A stretch of DNA of 64,000 bases, taken from positions 8,556,001 to 8,620,000 of the forward strand of contig OZ024746.1 in assembly GCA_964016885.1 (NCBI GenBank), in the 5' to 3' direction. The stretch is from Eledone cirrhosa. Its lineage: Eukaryota. The notes beneath the pieces were generated by a model. That model did no database searches and was not told the DNA's origin. It saw nothing but the letters and a program-made list of their open reading frames with translations. The position numbers and the translations under genes were made by a program. This document shows positions 52,911-64,000 of this stretch, one piece after another (within the stretch, counting starts at the first letter, position 1; the number at the start of each line of letters is the position of its first letter).

Positions 52911-53540
52911 TGTATGGCGAGATGTTTTAATAATATATTGTCCACAATAAGAGGTATGTTAATAGTAAAAAAAAGAAAAACGAGACAAAGGTAGTAAAAT
53001 GTATGAATAGGAAAATCTAGTTATATATTTAATTGTTTCTACTTTTGGCACAAGGCCAGCAATTACCCAGTGTATTACTGGTACTTTATAGTTATATATT
53101 TAATGAGCACAATTTAAAGAGGTGTTACTCCTTAAGCGAAGTCATTGATTACATTGATACATGAGACAAGGGTATAATATAAATACCTCCATAATAAGTG
53201 TATAAGGCACGAGGGTCCTTCACTCTCCTCTTTCTTTCATTCTCTCTCACTCCTCACTCTACCCCCCCCCCTCTACACACACACACATACATACACATAT
53301 ATAATAATAAAAGAACGATTTGTTATGTCTTCATGACGTTTATTGGATGGTGACGCGCGTTTCTCTATTGATCAGCTCAAAGTTAGATCTGTATCCACCA
53401 ATAATTATGTACTTACCTATTGCAATCTATTAATGCAAACATGACTTAATTACTGTTGTGGCTTTTGGTCTGTTTTGCATTTCTCTCTCTGTATGTTGCG
53501 AATGATCTCCAATGTACGTTTTTCTAACGCTTTCACAAAA

Positions 53541-53704
53541 TAATTGTTTCTACTTTTGGCACAAGGCCAGCAAATGCCCAGTACATTACTGGTACTTTAT
53601 TTTATCGACCCCGTAAGGATGAAAGGCAAAGTTAACCTCGGCGGGATTTGAACTCAGATCATAAAGGGCCGTAACTATGCTGGAAAGCATGGCGTCTGAC
53701 CCTT
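53541..53704 (-). mobile_element. SINE, head interrupted by the adjacent minisatellite (short 3' piece also at 53031-53089)
   Basis: Family consensus match. Confidence 0.82.
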
Positions 53705-53705
53705 C

Positions 53706-54542
53706 TGTGTGTGTGTATGTGTGTGTGTGTGCGGGTATGTACGTGCCTGTGTGTGTATGTGTGTGTGTGCGTGTCTCTGTGCGTGTGTGTGCGGGTATGA
53801 ACGTGCGTGTGTGTGTATGTGTGTGTGCGTGTCTGTGAGTGTGTGTGCGGGTATGAACGTGCCTGTGAGTATATGCGTGTGGGTGTGCGTGTCTGTGAGT
53901 GTGTGTGTGGGTATGAACGTGCCTGTGTGTGTATGTGTGTGTGTGTGTGTGCGTGTCTGTGTGAATGTGTGCGGGTATGAACGTACTTGTGTATGTATGT
54001 GAGTGTGCGTGTCTGTAGGTGTGTGTGCGGGTATGAACGTGCGTGTGTGTGTATGTGTGTGTGTGCGTGTCTGTGAGTGTGTTTGTGCGGGTATGAACGT
54101 GCCTGTGTGTGTATATGTGTGTGTGTGTGCGTGTCTGTGAATGAGTGTGTGCGGGTATGAACGTACCTGTGTGTATATGTGTGTGTGTGTGCGTGTCTGT
54201 GAGTGTGTGTGTGCGGGTATGAACGTGCCTGTGTGTGTATATGTGTGTGTGTGTGCGTGTCTGTGAGTGTGTGTGTGCGGGTATAAACGTGCGTGTGTGT
54301 GTATGTGTGTGTGTGTGAGTGTCTGTGAGTGTGTGTGTGCGGGTATGAACGGCCTGTGTGTGTATGTGTGTGTGTGTGCGGGTATGAACGTACGTGTGTG
54401 TATATGTGTGTGTGTGTGCGTGTCTGTGAGTGTGTGTGTGTGCGGGTATGAACGTGCGTGTGTGTGTATGTGTGTGTGTGTGAGTGTCTGTGAGTGTGTG
54501 TGTGCGGGTATGAACGGCCTGTGTGTGTATGTGTGTGTGTGT
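53706..54542. repeat. GT-rich minisatellite with conserved core gcgggtatgaacg (about 14 units)
   Basis: Core recurs every 40-70 bp between variable (GT)n spacers. Confidence 0.9.
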
Positions 54543-54998
54543 GCGTCTGTATACATATATGTATGTACGTGTACATACTTATATTTAAGTAACAGCCGTA
54601 CTAAGAGTGGGAAATGAAATTTCGTTTCATTTTTTCCGTTTATCGTTTTCGGTGCACCCAGCCGATTAACCCACTCGATATGCAAATTAGCTTGCTCACC
54701 CGTTAATATGCATAAGGTAAGTATATACGTTCAACAATCTGGCAGGAAGGTATACGTTGCTGACGATAGCTAATAAGATTGAAACTAGTACAGCTTCCTT
54801 TGTCAGTGTTGAACAAACGAACAACGATGGTTGCTGGACACTACGGCTTAATACGGGATGTTTGTTTACAAACAGACCGAGCATTATAATAAATGTTCGG
54901 TGAATCCATACGTACATATATATATGTGTGCATGTATTTATATATATATACATACTACTGTGCGTCTGTATACATATATGTATGTACGTGTACATACT

Positions 54999-55002
<4 letters not shown>
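54543..55002 (+). mobile_element. Retrozyme-like unit, 419-bp monomer plus ~40-bp redundancy (HHR 54756-54794)
   Basis: gcgtctgtatacatatatg at 54543 and 54962; gttg-CTGACGA-tagctaataagatt-GAAA-ctag-TA-cagc. Confidence 0.8.
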
Positions 55003-55031
<29 letters not shown>

Positions 55032-55099
55032 TTGTGTGTGTGTGTATGTATATTTATGTACATATGTACATATATAGTAGTATATATATATATATATAT

Positions 55100-55673
55100 G
55101 TATCCCAGTACAACCTGTCCCATGGTCGGGTCGTTGGCGACTAAACTGGCAACCCCACCAAGGTTTCTTGGTGAGGAGGGTGACTTTGGACATCCTGCAG
55201 GACTAAAAACAAAACCTGTCAAAGGGCAAAGGAGCTCTTAAGAGTCAATGGCCATCCAAAATCACCGGGAGAGATGACCCCTTAGCCTTTGTCAAGGCAG
55301 AATTCTAGGAGAAGGAAAACTCTGATATAACACTTGCAACCCTGATGGTATCCAATGATGTTGACTTGTTCTTCTTTTTGGTAAATATCATCTTGGTTAA
55401 GAGAGTGGGACTGGCTTTGTGCAGTGCCTTTGCTCACTATAAAAGCTTCACGGCACAGGCATTGCTTTATATCTGGAGATCTCTCTGCACTTGTCGTCAC
55501 ATGGTACCATGGGCCCAGCACTATGTGTCAGTAATTGTCACAAGTGTAGTGTTTGTACCAGAGTTTTCAAGTCGCTGGCTGGACTAAAAAGTCACACTCG
55601 TTCAGCGCATCGGTAGGGGTTCTCCTACATGGATATAAAGTAGTGGCCGTACTCGAAAACGAGTTGGCAGCCA

Positions 55674-55677
<4 letters not shown>
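55100..55677 (+). mobile_element. RTE-derived bipartite non-autonomous retroposon (~575 bp)
   Basis: 5' part has the RTE-5'UTR-like tctaggagaaggaaaactctga. 3' part encodes a C2H2-like [22 protein letters not shown], followed by the hairpin tggccgtactcgaaaacgagttggca. Confidence 0.72.
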
Positions 55678-55769
<92 letters not shown>

Positions 55770-57385
55770 TACTATATATGTACATATGTACATATATATA
55801 CATGTACATATATATATATGTACATGTATATATATGTGTGTGTTTGTTTGTGCGAATGTATATATATATGTACATATGTACGTATATAGTAGTATATATA
55901 TATATATATATATGTACATATATAAATATATATGTGTGTATGTATATATATGTACATATGTACATATATAGTAGTATATATATATAGTAGTATATATATA
56001 TATATGTACATATATATATGTGTGTATGTGTGTGTGTTTATGTATGTATATATATATATATATATATACATATGCGCACATATAGTATATATATTTATAT
56101 ATATATGTATATATATACTAGCATGCAAGCTAAACCAGAATTCAGTCGCTTATGACGACATGATACCAACATCAACAATACTTCTTGTATGTATGTACGT
56201 ATGTATGTATATAATTATATATATGTACTTACGTACATATACTCAAAAAGATCATATTTTTACAGTTAGAGCAGCAACAATTTGAAGGAGAAATTCAGAG
56301 ACAAAAATAGAGAAATGCAGACAATGAACGAACGGTTTCGAAAGGAACATGTTGGTATAAAAACATAAGAATTATATTTTCGTACAAGATGTAAGAGATA
56401 ATCATCTCTGGAAAATGCAGAGGAGATGGTACCTAGCCGCCAGCGATGGAGGGCTCTACGCTCGATAACACCTTTGTGACCGCTACCCAGGATGATCCCA
56501 GACTCATCGAGCTAGAGCGATAGATAGCTATGTAGATAGACAGACAGTCAGACAGACAGACAGACAGATAGATAGATAGATAGATCTCTGCATCTAAACA
56601 CTAAAATTGCTATGGAGATGTGTATCAAGTTAAAAAAGACTTGAGAGGACGTACAGTGGTCAGCCGGGTGGGCTACCGTTGATCCAATGGAGGGATTTTC
56701 CAACATGCAAGAAGATATGTTTATGTGTGTCCAAGTACACACACACACGCGCACACACACGCACACACACATATATAAAGAGTGAGACAAGCAGACAGAT
56801 AACAATATTGACTGATAAAATACTGAATTCTGGCGTCAATGAGAGCAGCAAAAAGGACGATTTATTTTGATAAGCAACGTTCGTGTGTGTCAGACGGCAA
56901 AACATTACTTATACTTCCATTATAACAGAGATATCATGTTAAGAGCAGAGTATAGCTGATCATAGTGGAACATCTCCGGTGTTGAGCTGGAAAATATATA
57001 CTTGGGTCAAGAATTTTTAACTATGTTCATCGTAATGTTTAATGAAAAGAAAAAGATGGGAGCGAGGCAGAAGACTTCTCTGTTTCTGTTCTCGGGTCTT
57101 TTGTTGTATGGGGCGGTCTTAACAAATATGACTTTAGGGAAGGATAGCATTTCTACGACTACGAGGGTAGGGTACATTAATTGTGGATTGGGATGTGTTA
57201 AGGTCAAGTGCTAATTTTCGAGTATTTTGCGCGGATTGCATTCCACCAATTCACTAATGAAATAAGAATGCTACATGAAAACTCTCTCTAATCAGGTAAT
57301 TTCCGTTTGCGTTTAAAACAATGGAATTTTGAATTGCGTAATTACAACTTCTTTTTAAAATCGAAAACTATTCATGACGAAGCCC

Positions 57386-57528
<143 letters not shown>

Positions 57529-57578
57529 GATAAATCTACCAAGAGTATACGGTAGTGTCCAATCCGTATGAAGAACAC

Positions 57579-57746
57579 TATATTTAATTTTGATAGTTTG
57601 TATAATTTTGTATAATTTTGTACATAGATCTGTTGAATATGCATGCCAATTCTAACACATATATATCCTAGAAACGATCGTTAAATAATGAACTTTTTTT
57701 GTTTAATATAAGGAACTGTTTCATTGTTTTATTCATTATTTTTTTA

Positions 57747-57755
<9 letters not shown>
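57579..57755 (+). mobile_element. Partial copy of the Penelope-type terminus at 19120-19332
   Basis: Near-identical reverse complement; ends in (TA)n. Confidence 0.78.
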
Positions 57756-57829
<74 letters not shown>

Positions 57830-57906
57830 GTCTTATGGTAGCTAAGATGCGTCCATAGGTGGTATGCTGGTTGAGCACTCTATGCTCCTACGGAACAGAG
57901 TATGAT

Positions 57907-58294
<388 letters not shown>

Positions 58295-58931
58295 GTAAAT
58301 ATTTCATTATATAGACTAGAACCCCCCTCCAAATCTCACATTATCTCTGTTATATTAATATACAAATCGTGATCTTTTTTAGTGTGATTTTGTTCTTATT
58401 ACTTTGCCGTTTTTTAAAACCATTTTTTAATATTTCATTTTTCTTTCTAAATTTTCTGCTGTTTTATGTTTTTTTCTTTTCAATGTTATGAATTTCTCAA
58501 GAAATATAACTCATCCATCATCCCGTACCCTTTTGAAAAACTCTGGTGCACCGATCACAGAAAAGGAACGATGAAGAAAATAACATTTCAAATGTAAATA
58601 CGAATGTACAGGTGAACAACGTATACATACTACTTTCATACATACATAAATACACATATTTTGTATATATATATCTATATACATATATGTGCAAATATAT
58701 ATACAATTATAAGTGTACATACACTTATATATATACACTTATAACCCCCCCCTCTTATTTGAAGAACTATTGTAACGCGAACTGGCGCGAAATTTATTAT
58801 AATTATTGACAAACCAATCAAATTACTTCTCGAAAAACCTGGCATTTCGAGCCACTTTTTCCATATAAAACAAGTAACATTCAGAGACCAACCAGATGTG
58901 AGAAAAACCACAGACCCTCCATCTCAACTCA

Positions 58932-58969
58932 CCTTTTGAAAAGCAGAAGAACTGCGAAACCGGTAAAGG
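58932..58969 (+). ncRNA. Minimal hammerhead motif with U3-A8 core
   Basis: cctt-TTGAAAA-gcag(aagaa)ctgc-GAAA-ccgg-TA-aagg; perfect stems I and II. Confidence 0.68.
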
Positions 58970-59085
58970 AACCAAATAAATATATATTTAAAAAAAAAAT
59001 AAGACTCCAGTTGCATTTTCGATTTCATCTCTTTATATATATATATATATATATAATATATATACATATATGTATATATATATAT

Positions 59086-59145
<60 letters not shown>

Positions 59146-59150
<5 letters not shown>

Positions 59151-59285
59151 TTGCCTTTTATCCTAGTGGAGTCGGTAAAATAAAGTACCATTGGAGTCGA
59201 TTTAATCGATTCTCTGTTTTCCTTTTAGGTACTGAATATTTAAGGAGTAGCAAATATTATATGTTTAAAAATATATCGCTTTGAT
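59146..59285. repeat. 140-bp inverted duplicate of 60821-60960
   Basis: Reverse-complement identity by eye; the source copy continues into an old SINE remnant. Confidence 0.9.
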
Positions 59286-59309
59286 ATATATATATATATA
59301 TATATATAT

Positions 59310-59930
59310 TCAGGTTTGAGGTTCACCACTGTATAGAGCCGGTCTATTCCGTATGGTCAATCGTAATGTAATAATATAGAGAGTACTCAACGTAAAGCAG
59401 TTCAACCGTCTTTGTTTTTGTAGTTGGTGGTGCTATTACGGAGTTAAATATTATAATGAAATGACAGGAGGCTGGATTTGTGTAAATCCTTGAAAGGTTT
59501 ATTATACTATGATCATTTCAATGACCGGGTTCCTCTTTCTTTCTGTCTTTCTTCTTATAGCTGACATTAACCCTGGCTTCTTCTCTTCTTCCTTCCCCCT
59601 TCTTCTCTCTCCTTCCTTTCTTTCTTTCTTTTGTCTTGTAACTTATGTTCCCATCCCTTTCTGTTTTCCTTTATCTGACCGGTAGTAGCACACTGTGAGC
59701 CTTAGCCACGTCACTCGAGGGCGACCGGCTAAGGTAGAGGGTGCAAGATAGCGGTCGCTCTCGGGTCCTCGATTTTCAGCCCCATGGATTTTATCTATTA
59801 CATTCACGTATTGTATTTCGAATTACCTGATGATATCACCGGATTCATACGGAACCCGGTCATTGAAATGATCATAGTATAATAAACCTTTCAAGGATTT
59901 ACACAAATCCAGCCTCCTGTCATTTTATTA

Positions 59931-59935
<5 letters not shown>
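59310..59935 (+). mobile_element. Penelope-type remnant with inverted pseudo-LTR plus tail and HHR (59824-59879)
   Basis: Arms 59451-59533 and 59851-59933; tac-CTGATGA-..accgg(..)ccggt..-GAAA-tgatca-TA-gta. Confidence 0.72.
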
Positions 59936-60824
<889 letters not shown>

Positions 60825-62004
60825 AAGCGATATATTTTTAAACATATAATATTTGCTACTCCTTAAATATTCAGTACCTAAAAGGAAAACAGAGAATCGA
60901 TTAAATCGACTCCAATGGTACTTTATTTTACCGACTCCACTAGGATAAAAGGCAAAACATACTTCGGCTAGATTAGGACTCACGTTCTGTAAAATTATAA
61001 TATTATAGAGCGAGTGAGAAAGAGAGAATGATAGAACTAAAAAGGAGTCTACAGGTCAATGTGAAGTGGAATGCACTTCCAAGAGTTGCTTGTGGTGCTA
61101 TCTGCAGAGCGATTATGCATTCAACTACGTCGCTAAGATTTGTGTAAAGATAACATTAATTTATGTAAAATAAAGGAGCTGATTGTCAGGTTAAGGTAAC
61201 TCATTTTCCATTGTTTTTTTTAATTTTTTTTTTATTGCCGACAGCATTTCCCAGTCTCAACTCCTGGTAGATGAATCAACCTGAAATCAAGGATTTTCTT
61301 CAAGAAAATAACACACCACCTGGTCTAAGAATCGAACCCACCATTTTATGATCGTGAATCTAACAACATAACCACTAAGCCAATATAAAACAGCTCGTAA
61401 AGGGGAGAAGGTGACAAGTGCATTAGAATGAATAAGATGTGAGCTCCTAAGACTGTAGCTTCAGGAATACCTATATGGACTTTACAGTCTCAAGAATCGA
61501 ACGCTTCAGGAAAAATACAATCTCAAAAGAAATTTTATGTACTTCATGGTTTTCTATACACTACCAGTATTGGTATTGTTTTCAAAATAACTGGAATTTC
61601 CACGGGTACTGCTAGTATATATTATGATAACAGCTGGAGTGAAGCAATTCTTTTCTATTACACAAATTATTTCTTGTGTTGTAGATGTTCACAGCAAGAT
61701 CTAGTTACATCACGTCTTTGATAATAAGACCACGCTTATCTCTTTGTACTTTCTAGCCACAGGAAGCTGATATATCTCATCTCCTTACGTTGCTTATGAT
61801 ATCCGCTTTTATAGTTTTATATTATATATATTTCCTTTTACGATGGCTTTATTATAACAAAACACTAAACTAACACAGATACACAATCAATCTCAGTCAC
61901 ACACACACACACACAACACACACACACACACTCACACACACTCACACACACTCACATACACTCACACACACAGACACACACACACACACACAGAGACACA
62001 CACA

Positions 62005-62167
<163 letters not shown>

Positions 62168-62648
62168 CACACACACAATTCAAACATCTGCAGCAGCCAC
62201 ATCCAACGCTAACTTTATACATATACACAGACAGACAAAACTTCACTCCGTTTTACCGCTACACACGCAGGTAAATGTACCTCTAATGATTGCATTATAA
62301 ACAAAAGATTTGTGTTGCACTATTTATTGTAATGAAATATGTAATAAAAGATGTTTTCTACACGTGTTCAGATACGAAACAACGGTTATTTAACAGAGTT
62401 CACCTTTACTTAAATCAAAAACACTGGAACGGATATGTAAATATAAAATAAAATATAGATGTCTGATAAGTTTCGTTTTTTTAGTACTTTAATTGCTTAC
62501 ACCAACATCGTAGTTTTCTTTAACCATATCACACTGCATACAAACATATACATTATATACATACATGCACACAGATGTACACACGCACATATATATATAT
62601 ACACATACGTGTGCGTATGTGTCTGTGTATATATGTACTCATACATAC

Positions 62649-62720
<72 letters not shown>

Positions 62721-62808
62721 TTATGTATGTATATGTATATGTATAAATATATATATATATATTTATATATATATGTAAAAGGTAAAAAGAAATAACAACA
62801 CAATTAGT

Positions 62809-62873
<65 letters not shown>

Positions 62874-63269
62874 GTATATACATGTGTGTAAAGTGCAACG
62901 TAACTAAAGTTTACATTAATCTGATTTTTTTGTAAGTAAAACAGATATTGTCACACCTGAATCCAACCAATCATTTTATTTTATTGACATCGGATGTATA
63001 TCTATAAGACAAACCAACGCCACTGTGATGCTATTTCTAGCCACGCGTCTCTCCACGTATTTCCGATAGCATATATAGTCTGGCTATTTCCAATCTAGCT
63101 TGTCGTTACATGTGAAGGAATGGTTGTGTAGATACGGAGATCGCTTCCCAGCCATATTTATGGCTTCAGTCTCACGACGTGGAACATTAAGCAATTGTCT
63201 TCAACTATAGCCTTCATTTGACTGTCTTGGGCTAGACGAACTGTTCATTGTGTAAAATGGTACGGCATA

Positions 63270-63910
63270 AGTAGAGGTGCCTGGCTCCATGCCTTGCCCT
63301 CCTTCCCCACTGGCACACAGTTGGATAACAATAACCTGTGCATCGGAATTTCCTTGAGGCTTGGACTCCGGATCTGCAAGCCCCATAAATGTCGCTGTGG
63401 ATCCACCGTCGACTCTTTCGGCCTCCACCCGCTTTCCTGTCGCCACAGTGCCGGCCGCCTTCCACGCCATGCTGCCCTCAACAAGGTCATTAAGCATGGC
63501 TTGGACGCTGCAGGCTTCCCCTCTAGCTCGAGCCGGTGGGGCTGGACCGAGGGGATGGCAAAAGGCCAGACGGTATGATCATCTTCCCGTTCCGCGGTGG
63601 CAAACCCTTCGTCTGGGATGCCACTTGCACCGACACTTTCTCCAGCCGCAACCTGGTGCAGTCTGCGACTAACCCAGGTACTGCTGCACGTCGGGCAGAG
63701 GAGGCCAAACTCTCCAAGTATCGGTTGCTCTCCGACAGGTTCGCAGTCGTGCCCTTGGCAAGGAGACTTCTGGTGTCCTCGGCCCTAGGGCTACCTCCCT
63801 ACTCACCACCATAGGCGGTGAGCTGGCCAGCCGCAGGTGTGAGCCTCGCGATCTGGAATAGCTTTTCCAGCGCGTCTCCCTTGCCGTCCTCCGGGGAAAC
63901 GCCTTCTGTC
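63270..63910 (+). mobile_element. CRE-like non-LTR retrotransposon 3' fragment (CCHC + RLE), frameshifted
   Basis: LRLGL..HKCRCG..HPLSC..RHAALN, DGKRPDG..VWDATC..AEEAKLSKY and LFQRVSLAVLRGNA across frames. Confidence 0.85.
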
Positions 63911-63922
63911 CGCCGGGGCTGT

Positions 63923-63953
<31 letters not shown>

Positions 63954-64000
63954 GCACCAATATGATTGACTGACATTTTATCAGTCAGATGGTCACTCTC

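Overview
This is AT-rich, microsatellite-saturated eukaryotic DNA. Its SINE and MITE repertoire resembles a coleoid cephalopod such as Octopus, which is an inference from the repeat types only. No host gene could be confidently identified, and almost all ORFs in the track are microsatellite artefacts. The real coding pieces are all retroelements: a young Penelope-like element (RT plus GIY-YIG) between near-perfect 1.1-kb inverted repeats (42.2-46.6 kb), an uninterrupted R4/Dong-like RT-RLE fragment in (ATGT)n (12.4-14.6 kb), and RTE, CRE-like and further R4-like fragments. The main hidden signal is a dense set of type-I hammerhead ribozyme (HHR) motifs in about ten different short elements, most of them embedded in (TA)n. 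These include a non-coding ~420-430-bp tandem/inverted HHR unit (retrozyme-like, three loci) and a 615-bp terminally redundant HHR unit. There are also HHR cores with a compensatory U3-A8 pair or a U4A change, and hairpin elements that keep only half a hammerhead. All folds were read by eye and none were computed.
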